Source: Spirochaetia bacterium
GTDB taxonomy: Bacteria; Spirochaetota; Spirochaetia; DSM-2461
Reading direction: 5' to 3'
Length of the DNA: 64,000 bases
Assembly (NCBI GenBank): GCA_963668315.1
Contig: OY764216.1
Coordinates: forward strand, 3,328,001 to 3,392,000
The notes below the pieces were generated by a model that saw nothing but the letters and a program-made list of their open reading frames with translations, made no database searches and was not told the DNA's origin. The position numbers were made by a program, and so were the translations under genes. Position 1 is the stretch's first letter. Every line of letters starts with the position of its first letter. Below are positions 41,301 through 51,547 of the stretch, piece after piece.

Positions 41301-44300
41301 AGAACTTCCGTGTCGTTCCCGGAAAGGATCGTGTCCTTCTTCGCTGGGAAGAAACCGATGAGGAAACCCAGGCTTATGTTATTGGTCAGGTGGGATCTGA
41401 AGAGGCCATTACTGTCACCCGGGACGATTTTCTTTCCCAGGAGGAAGGTGTTCTTTTCTTTGAGAAAGCCATAGAAAGACTTGAACCCGGACAAACTTAT
41501 GAGTTCTACATAAAAGCTGTGGATTGGGCGGGAAACGTCGGTCGTACTTATGTAAAATCAATCACTACCTCGGAAGTGACGGTTGACCTGGAGAGTAATG
41601 GAACAAGCCTGCTCGAATATGACGGCTTGGTTCTGTATATCCCGCAAGGCTCCCTTCCCGATGTGGTTGATAAGGTTCTCATGCGAGAAATTGAGGACGA
41701 AATAATTTCTGATCAAAGCGTCTTTCCTCTCGTTTCTCCCATATACTCATTTTCTGTTGGCAACGATGAAGGTGAAGAGGAGGACCATGTTGTCTTTGAT
41801 AAGCCCTATGTCGGCCAGATTACCTATAAAGAATCTCCCGACTGGGGTGATATCTCCGAACAGCGTCTGGCTGTCTATTATTACGATGATGAATGGTGCC
41901 GGTGGTTTATCACGGATCAGAATATAGTTGATCCGGAAACAAATACGATAACTTTCATGACCGATCACTTCACGGATTTTTCGGTGCAGCCGACGTCCCA
42001 GGATGAGATTGAATATAATCAGTTAAAGGGGATTGAGTATCCCCTTACCAGTGAGAGCATAACCCATACCCCCATTTCCGTCTCCGCACAGGGAGGAGGG
42101 GCCAGCACGGCCATGACGGAATTTTCTCTTCCCGGGAAAAATGGCCTTGATCTCGTTTTGAGGCGAACCTACAGTTCAACGGTGGCTGATTCGGATTGTG
42201 CAAACCTTCCCATGAATTCCATAGGTCTTAGCGATACGGCTTATTTGGAAACCAGTAATACTGAACTTTCAGTGAATCCCATAACAGGATTGATTCAGGA
42301 AACACCAACAAGTTCGGCTGAAAATAATGCCCGACAGGTCCTCGATGAGTATTTATCGAATTCTACGGAGTTGATCAAAAGCTGGAGTAGTTCCTTACAT
42401 CGACAGGCGATGTATAAGCGGGGAGAATTATCCTATGCTCTGGGACAAGGGTGGCGGCTTGACTTTCCCTATGTTCGTTTCCAGAATGCTAGTGTAAATA
42501 TTTACATACCAGAGTATGGTTTTATCTCTACTGAAGAACTGAAAAGAGTAGGAAAAAATAATACTGGTAACATTACTTATACTGACTCTCTTGAAGGAAA
42601 ATGTGAAGTTACTCTGATAAGAAAAAAAATAACTAATACCGAATCTAATTCTCAACACTCGACCCGGTATAAACTAACAAACATACATGTCTATACCAAA
42701 GATGGTAAACATTATGAATTCCTGAATACGGGACAGATTTCCCAAATCTCCGATCAGTATAAGATAGGTGAGGAAAAGGCTAATCAGATAAGTTTTAAAT
42801 ATAATGATGAAGATCTTACCTTAAGACGCATTGTTGATACGATGGACCGATCCATATTCTTTACCTATTATGACGAAGAAGAGTATTCTAAATTTCTTCC
42901 TGTTATCAAACACATCGCTGTCTTTGATAAAATCCAAGCTCCCGATTCAGACGTTTTAATCCTGACCAATGAGCAGGCGGAAAATTCCGACTTCTTTGTA
43001 ACCTACAATTATGATATTGATCAGGAAGATAGTGCCGGACTACCCTTGCTGTTAAATTCTGAGGATGTTCAAGGTAGAATATGGTCATATGAGTACGGAG
43101 AGATGTACTTAAAATCTAAGTATAAAAATGATTCTATGAAAGATAATGACGGTAAACAGATATCCTTCTATCCCAACAAGACAAAAAGCCGCTTTATCTA
43201 TCCCTTGATTAGTATGGAAGGACCCGGAATCGGTCATGAAAGGATTTCCTATGGTAAAGCGTGGACTGTTGATGAAAATGGATTTTCAAGTCTTAACATA
43301 GAAAACAGTTATAGAGCTATCGGCAATAAATACGAATTAATGGACAGTACGGAAATCCTGGCTGTTCATAAAGTGGAGACATTAGATGAAACAGGATATA
43401 TCCAAAAAACAACTGATTATAGTTACAGTATAGATAAAGAGGGATGGATAAGGCAGACTACTAAAATAGATGGTCGTCTTAAAGAAATTTTTAATTTTTC
43501 ACAGATAAAGTTCAAAATAGATCAGCCTAATACATCTTCTTTATTTGGTTTAATTCGTCATACAAATATCTTTGATATAAAAAACGTAATGCAGACGAGC
43601 AAGAAAACATATCTCCCAAGAAATGAGGACTATGTTCTCACTCAACAGAAAAGTACGGCCTATTATACCTATCAAAGACTCCCCAGAACGGAAACCACCA
43701 TCTATGGCCCCAATCTTGATTCTCCTTCCCTGAAAACAAGCTATACATACGATGGATGGGGCAATCCCACCGAGATCGTGACAGAGGAGATGAATAAATA
43801 TTATACAAGCAAGGAAATGGTATACAATTGGTATTCCCAAGACCAGGAAGATCCGGAAGGGCTTACCAAAACGGATTCTCCCGAAGAAGTGGGGAGTTCT
43901 GAACTCAATGGCAGGATTAGGGACAGATTGCTACGCAGTTACAGATCCGTAACAACGACTGGTGAAGTCGAACGGGTTGAACTGCCTGAGGAAAGGGTTT
44001 ACCAATATAACGCGGAAGGCAGTTTGATTGCCCAGGCGGAGAGGATTGGCCGCGATTTGGTATCGGCTGGAAATCCAAAATGGTCAATAACCCTCTATGG
44101 GTATAATGATCACGGTGAATTGATTAAGATAACGAACCCAAGGGAGCATATAACCAAGATAGATTATGATTATTCTCATGGAGACTATGATCTTGTTACA
44201 ACGGAGGAATTGAACGTTCCTGACGAAATGGGAAATGAAGCCCTGAGAACCTCTTATGTACAGAAGGATAAGTTGTGCGGTTGGGTGACAAAAGAAATTC

Positions 44301-47300
44301 GGGCCGATGGTCTGGAAATCACATATGAAAGAGATAACCTGGGACGAATTGTAAAGCTCATAAAGCCGAAAGACGATGAAGAGATGGAGAACCCCGTTAT
44401 CCATGTCGATTATGACGACCAGGCCATGGCAGTCAAGCAGATAGATCCTCATAAGAATTATAATTTGTATTCTTTCAATGATCGGGGAGAATTAATCGAT
44501 ATAAGTAAGTATAACAAGAGTGATGAGAAACTACAGAAGACTTCTCTTGAACAGGATTATTTCGGCAACATATCCCAGGTAACTATCCATAAGGAAAATG
44601 GGCAAAGTAAAATCCTTAATTATTCCTATGACGGTCTGGGGCGGATAACTAATGAGAACTATAGGGAGGAAGGCCAGGAGCGTAACGTTGCTTACTCCTA
44701 TTATCCCGAGAACAATACCACCGTCAGGATAGATGAAAATAAGAATAAGCGGATCAACTATGAGGCCAGACCGGGGCTTGTTCTTGAAACGGATGAACTC
44801 TCCGAAAGTAATTACCTATTAAGAACCGTGCGAAACTATTATAATGTACGTGGGGATCTGCTCGTTTCCATAGACGGGGAAGGGAATCGAACGGAGTATT
44901 TCTATGACAGACAGGGAAACCTATACAAAACCCTTACTCCCGAAGCGACATTCTATCCTGACGGTGAAACATCTGTAACCAGCCGGATAGTCAGCAGCAA
45001 AGAGTACAATGTCCTTGGATTGGTTTCCGAAGAGAGAACAAATCTGCTTGATGGCACATTAGTTAACAGGAAAACCTATGAGTATGACAATCTAGGCCGT
45101 CTCAGCGAAGAAATCGTGTACTATTCAAACGAAGAAGCCTCCATTGAGCATTACTATGACGATCTTGACAGAGAGGTGAGAACCGTTGATGCAAGGGACA
45201 AGGAATGGAGGAAAGAGTATACCGTCCGAGGTATGATCGAGAAAGAGATCAGCCCCGCTCCTCTGGAGAATGTTACATCTTATACATATGACCTTAAGGA
45301 CAGACTTAAAACTATAACTGACGCTCGGGAAAACAGTGACCGTTATGAAGATTACAATGGGACACTGACTTACATCTATGATGAACTTGACAGACTCATT
45401 AAGGGTGAACTACCTACCCGTGCTGGGGAGGACAATAGAAATATCGTTTTTGAATATGACAGGGAAGGAAATCTCCGTTCCCGAACCGAACCTGACGGGG
45501 GTGTGACGACATATACCTACACGGAACAGAATCGGGTTAAGACGGAAACCGTAAAAGATGATTTGGCGGATGCTCCCGTTTCCTATACCACAGAATACAA
45601 ATACGATCCCGTAGGAAATCTGATTGAGAAAACGCTTCCCGATAATGTCATCGAAATATACCATTATGATGATCTGTATCGTAAGATACAGGACGAACTC
45701 CCGGAAGGCGTTAAAATCAGTTATGCCTACGATGATAATGACAACCTCAGGAAAGTCGTAAACGGAAGAGGATTTGAGCAATTCTATAGCTACGACAGTT
45801 TGAATCGCCCCATTCTTTATACTGACGAAACGGGAGAGAATTGGGTCACCGGGTACAATGCCCTCGGTAATGTGACTCGAACAATCGATCCCAATGATGT
45901 CTTGAGACGTAATCTTTTTGATGAAAGGGGGAGCTTGATCAAGGAATTCGACGGGAGAGGTCTGACGCGATCATACACTTATGACGCTATGGGAAATCTG
46001 GATAATATGACAGACGCCCGGGGAACAATAATTGATTATACGTATCGTGAGGATAACCTCCCCGTTCAGGTGGATTATATGAATGGCTTATCAACCAGAA
46101 CTCTCAATTATGAATACGATGAAGAAGGGGCACTCATCAGGGCTACCGACAACGGAATAGTGACAGAGTATAATAACTTCGATGGCTACAGGCCCGATCC
46201 GATGGGAAAGATAACCCGTAGAACGACTACCGGATATAATGATGTCTCCTACTACTATGACAAAATGGACAGGATGACCAGTCTCACAAATGGGACAGAC
46301 AGCACAATCAGTTACGAATACAATAGGGTAGGGCAGCTTAAGGCAATTCCCGGATTTATGAGCAGCATAAATTATGATGACCGCGGAAGGATGGTCGGCT
46401 ATACCTTGGATAACGGTCTTTCCATGGGCCGATCCTACGACGACAAATCCCGTTTAGAATATTTAAGCTATTCCCACAACAATCTTTCTCTCAAGAATTA
46501 CCAGTACAGTTGGGACAAGACTGATAACCTGATTGAGGAGAATGGCACTATCTATGCCTATGATGCACGGGACAGACTGGCTATGGCCATGTTCAGCATG
46601 GAAATGGATAATCAGAAAGAGACGGAAGTCGATCTTGACGATTACGGTAATACGAATTATTTCAGTAAAGCAGAGAACGATGTTATCGGGACCGGTACTC
46701 TTGAAGAGGTCGATCCCACACTATCTGATGAATTCCGCTTGGATTGGGGAGCCCGTTCTCTGGGTGTGGATATGGGGTATCCTTATTATGTGGGTAAGAT
46801 CGTCTTGAATGTAACTGATGGTATTTCCAGCAGGATATCTGAAGACACTGTCGTTCTCTATACCGCCATGAGTAATCGAAATGGTGCCTATGTTGAATGT
46901 CCTGTAAGCGATTACTTCGTAGAGTTGGAAGACGGTGTTGGCACTATCACTCTTACCCTAAAAAATCCTGTCGTGGCCCGATATGTAAAGATCAATAGTC
47001 TCTTTAATGAAAGAGACTCTACGTATAAAGCTTTCGATAACTCAACTCTTGGGTTAGATGACATTAAGCCGTTGACAGTGTATAAACTGGAAGGAGGAGC
47101 TCACAACGAATTCTATGTATATGATGACAAAGGGAACCGTACCCGTAAAACCCTTATGGAAACAACCATGGAAACATCAGTATACATTTACTATGACAAC
47201 AGCGACTGGTTGATGGCTGACGGTACCTATGGTTATAAGTATGATGAAAACGGGAATCTGATAGAAAAGGGAACGAATTATATCGTATCCGACGATAGTG

Positions 47301-48643
47301 TTACCATCGCACGTAGCGGTGAATGCTGGGTTTACACTTATGATCTCCGTAACCGACTGGAGAAGGTGGAGATCTGGGATGAAACAAGTCAAGCCTTGAC
47401 GACACGGGCTAGCTACGTTTATGATACTGACGGTTACCGGATTGAAAAACGAATAGGTGAAGGAACAGACGAAGTTATTACTAATTATGTCTTTGATTTA
47501 TCCGGAAACATGATTGAGGAGACAGAGAACGGGGTATCTACCCAGTATGTGTTTATGGGCAATTCTCACATCGCTAAAATCAATAATAATGGTACTCATG
47601 AATATTTCGGAACGAACCATCTGGGGAGTACAACGCTTCTCATAGCTCAGGATGGAACTCCGATCATCAATGATGAAACGAATCCTTTCGGCGACCATGA
47701 GAATAAGAATATCTTTTATACAGGAAAGCAGTGGGATGAAGACGCTCAGCTGTATTACTTCAATGCAAGGTGGTATGATGCGGATACGGGGAGATTTATC
47801 ACAGAGGATCCGGTAAGGGACGGCCTATTGTGGTATGCCTATGCCAATAATAACCCCATGAAGTTTACTGATCCGACGGGAATGAGGTTATCCGATCCGA
47901 GTGGTCCTCTAGATGATCATGATAGGGGTGTAAATACGAATCCGGGCTCTTCCAAGAAGGCAGAGAGCAGCTCTGGGAGTGGTTCAAATTATTTTGGTTC
48001 GGGTTCAAAACCTGGAACTAATACCGGTAATGACGATCACGATTCAAAAGTCCCCATGTCTACTCCGCAAGAATATGATGTAATTCCCAAAATCCAGACA
48101 GTGAATACAGGGAATATAATAACTGATGTTCTCCTAGGGGGATTGGCTGGGTTATTTAACACAGCGTCAACTGCAATCAATATGGTCCCCAATACCTTTG
48201 GTGCAGTTGATAGAGGACTTACAATTGTTGACGATGCCATTCCCGATGAGTATTCATTGACAGGAATGGGGCTTAAAGAGGATTTAATTGCAGCAGGTGT
48301 TGCATCTATGGTTCTTGCTCCTGAGTTAGCTCTTGCTAAAACAAATACTCGCTTGTTACTTGGCAAGGGGGAGATTCCTGGAGCATACCTTGGGACAAAA
48401 GCTCCTAAACAAGTTACTCCAGGAACTAGAACATTAAATGGGCAATATGTAAATGATAGAGGTAGAGTAGAACCTTGGACAGCACATTATGATGAATATG
48501 GTCGGAATATAGCTCGAACTGATTTTAATGCAGGAAACAAGACTCAAGGAATTCCAGATACTCATTATCACACTTATGAATGGGGGCCAGGAAAGACTCC
48601 GTTAGAAACAGGAAGCCATATACCAGGAGAATATAAACCATGA
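38348..48643 (+). CDS. Giant Rhs/YD-repeat polymorphic toxin with signal peptide and Ig/Fn3/discoidin-like domains; C-terminal Ntox24-like predicted RNase
   Basis: MNKHIVKLASIISFGLFSLNLSA signal; YD repeats; core YTGKQWD..LYYFNARWYD..GRFITEDP..PMKFTDPTG; tip HYDEYGRNIARTDF..PDTHYH. The ORF track start (38321) is probably 9 codons too early. Confidence 0.92.
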   Translation: MNKHIVKLASIISFGLFSLNLSAQNLPQNILDTLNNQANLGVARLSDMEYSPNIQIGHPAEYLLDGNSDTWYGLTNMASQGWVRLVFEEEVYLEGIRVNGIIPDDVLISLETTRDMESVTFPAGYIVDAGTDYLLDLSRERLISDNVLIRISGSDLSKIQINEIELITRPENGELHKKDLVPREMTYSKKELNDNYTMVDGKIGTVWHNQNRGFGSMIYWLYQNVIQGQFHSNDKWRKVDEIIYDVTNPGYMETLKFYLTDSASGTLKLDILTGEEWQPVGNYQLSGMQGWQNLSLEEYGEIGALKLTMEDPSKPWQPGNYGGIGEIELWGRTNPERLYLKDLISPAAPYGNHDALFSLPDYGTRDFSFEIVTAGANVEAPQVFLNGYNLNDVRCQEYDGFDVWEVDAPDHLLKEIDNSLKLEPSFDTRILSAHLISPENRGLLISEGSLSDGRRYSGRATSVDPMLIELLDGQAEMEEIILYFNEQAPGNLYIQDGGTDHYLNPITDSNGERSYGGREFLEKLGLDGLFDLQEIEVKGSRNQIVNPYIELLFPLQDVELPQHVTYHYKVIGITDVPDGEITVNGIPAQVRDNFFWVEMRDLNIREAGENLIEAKVKHPNGNEAVDKALIHIESDSNNITIDQEDRLYTTIDPTFRISGRISGYERDLRINGVPLSVPNHRRFSYDFPLDMGLNLIEIELMSLDGDRVLVRQMRQAYRQEAEPSLSIIFPTDSSMTNKDFIDVSGTVSPWGLESLTVNGFDAAINNGTFFLDSLPLDDVIKPIRVQATYETGVVVEKTVWVEKDQQAPVISDVAPAPGTMVGDSHVEITGTVSEENDVTVFVNGIVAPVTGNWFSLVVPLPLGGNNEIRISAQDEAGNHTDWPVFMIYKDIFGPLPFDVTVTPATWTNDRRPVIEFQTTDADIGLRDYAVSVNGGDFVTQESPNMLPYLPDGKIEITVRAYDLFGNWTDSTAYAFIDTTPPDEPENFRVVPGKDRVLLRWEETDEETQAYVIGQVGSEEAITVTRDDFLSQEEGVLFFEKAIERLEPGQTYEFYIKAVDWAGNVGRTYVKSITTSEVTVDLESNGTSLLEYDGLVLYIPQGSLPDVVDKVLMREIEDEIISDQSVFPLVSPIYSFSVGNDEGEEEDHVVFDKPYVGQITYKESPDWGDISEQRLAVYYYDDEWCRWFITDQNIVDPETNTITFMTDHFTDFSVQPTSQDEIEYNQLKGIEYPLTSESITHTPISVSAQGGGASTAMTEFSLPGKNGLDLVLRRTYSSTVADSDCANLPMNSIGLSDTAYLETSNTELSVNPITGLIQETPTSSAENNARQVLDEYLSNSTELIKSWSSSLHRQAMYKRGELSYALGQGWRLDFPYVRFQNASVNIYIPEYGFISTEELKRVGKNNTGNITYTDSLEGKCEVTLIRKKITNTESNSQHSTRYKLTNIHVYTKDGKHYEFLNTGQISQISDQYKIGEEKANQISFKYNDEDLTLRRIVDTMDRSIFFTYYDEEEYSKFLPVIKHIAVFDKIQAPDSDVLILTNEQAENSDFFVTYNYDIDQEDSAGLPLLLNSEDVQGRIWSYEYGEMYLKSKYKNDSMKDNDGKQISFYPNKTKSRFIYPLISMEGPGIGHERISYGKAWTVDENGFSSLNIENSYRAIGNKYELMDSTEILAVHKVETLDETGYIQKTTDYSYSIDKEGWIRQTTKIDGRLKEIFNFSQIKFKIDQPNTSSLFGLIRHTNIFDIKNVMQTSKKTYLPRNEDYVLTQQKSTAYYTYQRLPRTETTIYGPNLDSPSLKTSYTYDGWGNPTEIVTEEMNKYYTSKEMVYNWYSQDQEDPEGLTKTDSPEEVGSSELNGRIRDRLLRSYRSVTTTGEVERVELPEERVYQYNAEGSLIAQAERIGRDLVSAGNPKWSITLYGYNDHGELIKITNPREHITKIDYDYSHGDYDLVTTEELNVPDEMGNEALRTSYVQKDKLCGWVTKEIRADGLEITYERDNLGRIVKLIKPKDDEEMENPVIHVDYDDQAMAVKQIDPHKNYNLYSFNDRGELIDISKYNKSDEKLQKTSLEQDYFGNISQVTIHKENGQSKILNYSYDGLGRITNENYREEGQERNVAYSYYPENNTTVRIDENKNKRINYEARPGLVLETDELSESNYLLRTVRNYYNVRGDLLVSIDGEGNRTEYFYDRQGNLYKTLTPEATFYPDGETSVTSRIVSSKEYNVLGLVSEERTNLLDGTLVNRKTYEYDNLGRLSEEIVYYSNEEASIEHYYDDLDREVRTVDARDKEWRKEYTVRGMIEKEISPAPLENVTSYTYDLKDRLKTITDARENSDRYEDYNGTLTYIYDELDRLIKGELPTRAGEDNRNIVFEYDREGNLRSRTEPDGGVTTYTYTEQNRVKTETVKDDLADAPVSYTTEYKYDPVGNLIEKTLPDNVIEIYHYDDLYRKIQDELPEGVKISYAYDDNDNLRKVVNGRGFEQFYSYDSLNRPILYTDETGENWVTGYNALGNVTRTIDPNDVLRRNLFDERGSLIKEFDGRGLTRSYTYDAMGNLDNMTDARGTIIDYTYREDNLPVQVDYMNGLSTRTLNYEYDEEGALIRATDNGIVTEYNNFDGYRPDPMGKITRRTTTGYNDVSYYYDKMDRMTSLTNGTDSTISYEYNRVGQLKAIPGFMSSINYDDRGRMVGYTLDNGLSMGRSYDDKSRLEYLSYSHNNLSLKNYQYSWDKTDNLIEENGTIYAYDARDRLAMAMFSMEMDNQKETEVDLDDYGNTNYFSKAENDVIGTGTLEEVDPTLSDEFRLDWGARSLGVDMGYPYYVGKIVLNVTDGISSRISEDTVVLYTAMSNRNGAYVECPVSDYFVELEDGVGTITLTLKNPVVARYVKINSLFNERDSTYKAFDNSTLGLDDIKPLTVYKLEGGAHNEFYVYDDKGNRTRKTLMETTMETSVYIYYDNSDWLMADGTYGYKYDENGNLIEKGTNYIVSDDSVTIARSGECWVYTYDLRNRLEKVEIWDETSQALTTRASYVYDTDGYRIEKRIGEGTDEVITNYVFDLSGNMIEETENGVSTQYVFMGNSHIAKINNNGTHEYFGTNHLGSTTLLIAQDGTPIINDETNPFGDHENKNIFYTGKQWDEDAQLYYFNARWYDADTGRFITEDPVRDGLLWYAYANNNPMKFTDPTGMRLSDPSGPLDDHDRGVNTNPGSSKKAESSSGSGSNYFGSGSKPGTNTGNDDHDSKVPMSTPQEYDVIPKIQTVNTGNIITDVLLGGLAGLFNTASTAINMVPNTFGAVDRGLTIVDDAIPDEYSLTGMGLKEDLIAAGVASMVLAPELALAKTNTRLLLGKGEIPGAYLGTKAPKQVTPGTRTLNGQYVNDRGRVEPWTAHYDEYGRNIARTDFNAGNKTQGIPDTHYHTYEWGPGKTPLETGSHIPGEYKP
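47819..47880 (+). repeat. Rhs core/tip junction, direct repeat copy 1
   Basis: 60 of 62 nt identical to 59604-59665. Confidence 0.95.
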
Positions 48644-48972
48644 TAATAGACGAAATACAGAGAAAAAATAAATCTTATTCTTATATTCAGAATTTTTCAT
48701 TAACCCGAAAAATAGATGATGAAGGTGCTACTCCATATGTACTCGATTTAGCACTATGTGAATTTCCAAATTATGGAGACACACTTCTACATCTCCAGTT
48801 CAGCGGTGTTCTTGATATAAAAATAGATACTCTTGATGGTCTGTACAATGTTATTTTGAGTATTGATGATATTTCCGCAAATCAAATGGAAGGAATAAAC
48901 TATCGCGTGGTTGATGTTTCAGGAAATAATCTTTCATTTTTATGTCGGGAAATTGAAATTATTCATAAGTAA
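48640..48972 (+). CDS. Putative cognate immunity protein
   Basis: Small acidic ORF overlapping the toxin stop (ATGA). Confidence 0.75.
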   Translation: MIIDEIQRKNKSYSYIQNFSLTRKIDDEGATPYVLDLALCEFPNYGDTLLHLQFSGVLDIKIDTLDGLYNVILSIDDISANQMEGINYRVVDVSGNNLSFLCREIEIIHK

Positions 48973-49058
48973 TTGTAACGAATTCGGTCAAAGGATGATT
49001 AAGGTTCGCATCTGGCGGCGGCTCTCCTCCGGTTCACCGATTCTAATGACGATTAAAT

Positions 49059-49087
49059 GGCCGTCCTATTCGTGGGGCGGCTTTTTT
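49059..49087 (+). terminator. Intrinsic terminator
   Basis: GCCGTCC-loop-GGGCGGC followed by T6. Confidence 0.7.
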
Positions 49088-49308
49088 GTATAATCAACTG
49101 ATGACCCGATTAAAACTTCGGTGTAGGAAAAGAGCATTTCTCTCCCGTATAGCAATCATTCATGCACGACTCTTTCCTCCTAAGCCCTACGTTGAAGAGC
49201 GTTGGGTAAATAGGCGTGGAGAGCTCGTAGAGAAGTATATTCAACCCTGCACGACCTGGCCGGTGTTTACGGCAAAGGGGTGCATCCGAAAAGTGGAGGA
49301 GCAATTCG

Positions 49309-49476
49309 ATGAGAAAAACTAAAACCGAACGTCTTATAGCTCATTATGAAAAGCAGAAGCGAGGTGCACGTAAACGAACCCTGATTCGCACCTTTGAGCA
49401 GGACGGGAAGACCTATGAGGAATATCAAGTATCTCGCTGGCCATATCCATATAGGGAGACCGTTGAAGTAAGATAG
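49309..49476 (+). CDS. Small basic hypothetical protein (55 aa)
   Basis: RBS GGAGGAG; MRKTKTERLIAHYEKQKRG...EVR*. Confidence 0.5.
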   Translation: MRKTKTERLIAHYEKQKRGARKRTLIRTFEQDGKTYEEYQVSRWPYPYRETVEVR

Positions 49477-49590
49477 GGGGTACGGTAAATTTCCTGAGAG
49501 CTCCGACCGGAGGGCCGGTTTTGCGTGTGCTGACCCGGAGCGACTATAATACAGAAACTGACCTTAAGGAGTTTCATGTGAACGCCATAT

Positions 49591-49622
49591 GACCGCCCTT
49601 CGATTCGTTGGGCGGTCTTTTT
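49591..49622 (+). terminator. Intrinsic terminator
   Basis: GACCGCCC-loop-GGGCGGTC followed by T5. Confidence 0.7.
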
Positions 49623-49662
49623 GTATACCAGCCTTGTATGTCTTCGGGGCTGGTGCAGGAAA

Positions 49663-49920
49663 TCATCTATATACTATTGCATCTCCATATTTTCTTTCCA
49701 AATCGGCTACGAGCCTGTCATAATCATAAAAGCCTTTATTACGCAGTACGCGCGTCATAATCGTTGATACTGCGCCCTTACTAAGATGCTCTACTTCCAT
49801 GGCTGATGCTGTGGCATAAACGAGTTCTGTAACAGCATCAACGTCTTTCCTTGACCATTCATCGCTGATGTATTGGCGGAAAGCTTTTTCTAAATCATTA
49901 TTCATACGAATCTCCTCCAA
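49663..49920 (-). CDS. Hypothetical protein divergent from rep
   Basis: GGAGGAG RBS before the internal ATG (MNNDLEKAF). Confidence 0.55.
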   Translation of the reverse strand: MEEIRMNNDLEKAFRQYISDEWSRKDVDAVTELVYATASAMEVEHLSKGAVSTIMTRVLRNKGFYDYDRLVADLERKYGDAIVYR

Positions 49921-50073
49921 ATAGGTTCAATACTAATAGTGGGTAAACTGTAACAGAGTAATCCCAGCCTCCTATAACAGTGCAAAGTATTTTATTTTAC
50001 TTTTTTTCTGAAAATATGCTCTTTTCCAGTAAATACAAGTAGAGACATATGAAATATCTCTGGAGGTTAATTC

Positions 50074-51126
50074 ATGAATTTGTGGTATGAGCAGTCTCTA
50101 ACTGGACCAAATACACAGAAGATTTACACGTTCTATGATGTGGAACATCGAGTTCCTTTGAATGAGATTGTCAGGGTGAAAGAGTACAAGGAATCACGGC
50201 CAATTTCGGTAGAGAAGGACTATGCTCCTCAATACGGCCTGATGAATCCGAATACAAAACGATTTGTAAATATGATCTGCGTAGACGTGGACTCGGAGGA
50301 ATATTGGGAAAACCTACATTGGTCAAATTACCCAGAAGAAAATGCCATGTGCTTGAACCCTAAAAAGAAAAGCTTTCATGTCTTCTATCGTCTGAAAGAC
50401 CCTGTCTATATTTCAGGCAATAGGAGTGCAGCTGAGAAGAAGCTGGAATTAACAGTGAAGGGCCTGGATCGGACTCTTTGGGGGGATAAGGCATATAACC
50501 ACCAGTTTGCTAAAAATCCTTATTCCGGTGAACATGAAGTGTATCTTTGTGGTGATCCTACACTGACCTACACTCTGGATGAATTGTTGGATCATGTTCC
50601 TGATAAAATATTGGATGAGATTCTTGAAGAACATCAGAAGCGCTACTTGAAGAATGATGTCGAGAATGAGTATTTTCCAATACAGGGAGAGAGACATAAA
50701 TGGCTATTCGATGAAGCTCGTAAGACCCTCTATCAGGATTGGATTAGGTTTAGCCATCTACAAAAAGAACACCTATGGATAGAGCATTGTCTGGAAGTAA
50801 CTCAGCAGATTCATGATAGTGAGCTAGAGAATACTCCTCTACCTTATTCAGAGATAAAGGGTATAGCTTATGATATTAACAAATTCATACAAAAGATATT
50901 TACAACTAAGAGTCAGTATGTGAAACGAACCCATACCTCTGAGATTCAACGAGAACGGGGGCAGAGAGGAGGTGCCAAATCAGGAGAGGTGAGAGGTCAG
51001 TCGGCTAAGGAAAAGCAAGCACTGGTCCTTCTGTACCGTCAGGAGTATCCTGACGCTTCTATTCGGGATATTGTTGAGGCTACCGGATTCTCCAAGTCAG
51101 CTATCCAGAGATATCTGAAAGGATAA
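50074..51126 (+). CDS. ColE2/pAL5000-type plasmid replicase (Replicase + PriCT-1 + HTH)
   Basis: VDVD, NP..SFHVFYRL..PV, GD.AY...AKNP, GERH..LF, PLPYSEIKGIA, SEIQRERGQRGG and terminal HTH. Confidence 0.85.
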   Translation: MNLWYEQSLTGPNTQKIYTFYDVEHRVPLNEIVRVKEYKESRPISVEKDYAPQYGLMNPNTKRFVNMICVDVDSEEYWENLHWSNYPEENAMCLNPKKKSFHVFYRLKDPVYISGNRSAAEKKLELTVKGLDRTLWGDKAYNHQFAKNPYSGEHEVYLCGDPTLTYTLDELLDHVPDKILDEILEEHQKRYLKNDVENEYFPIQGERHKWLFDEARKTLYQDWIRFSHLQKEHLWIEHCLEVTQQIHDSELENTPLPYSEIKGIAYDINKFIQKIFTTKSQYVKRTHTSEIQRERGQRGGAKSGEVRGQSAKEKQALVLLYRQEYPDASIRDIVEATGFSKSAIQRYLKG

Positions 51127-51227
51127 GCTTGGTGTTGTTGAATCACACATTATCCTGACCAAAACTTCCAGATTATTCTGGAATCCAAATTATTTTAACA
51201 GCTTCCCCGAAAGGGAAGCCATAAATC

Positions 51228-51533
51228 TTAGAACGGCAAACTTAACTGTCCGTCAAAATCCGCATCAGGATCAAGAGAAAGTTCATCCCACTCCTTCTCA
51301 AGTATCTCCTCAATTACCGGTACAGAGACCTTTCCATAATAGAGAGCTCTCTCACAGGCTGCCTCCATTCTCACCGGCGAGACCTTAAACGTCAGATCCA
51401 AAAACCGACTGACCTCTTCATATTTCTCATGGCACCACCTACCCCACAACATATAGGCTACCTGCCTGGTTTTCTCCATGAAAAGATAAGTTTCAGGAGG
51501 AGTAAAGCGAAAAAAAGTTTTCCCATTATCCAT
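51228..51533 (-). CDS. Transposon accessory protein (QLSLPF end)
   Basis: Identical to 3817..4122. Confidence 0.7.
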   Translation of the reverse strand: MDNGKTFFRFTPPETYLFMEKTRQVAYMLWGRWCHEKYEEVSRFLDLTFKVSPVRMEAACERALYYGKVSVPVIEEILEKEWDELSLDPDADFDGQLSLPF

Positions 51534-51547
51534 ACGGCTTCCTCCTG

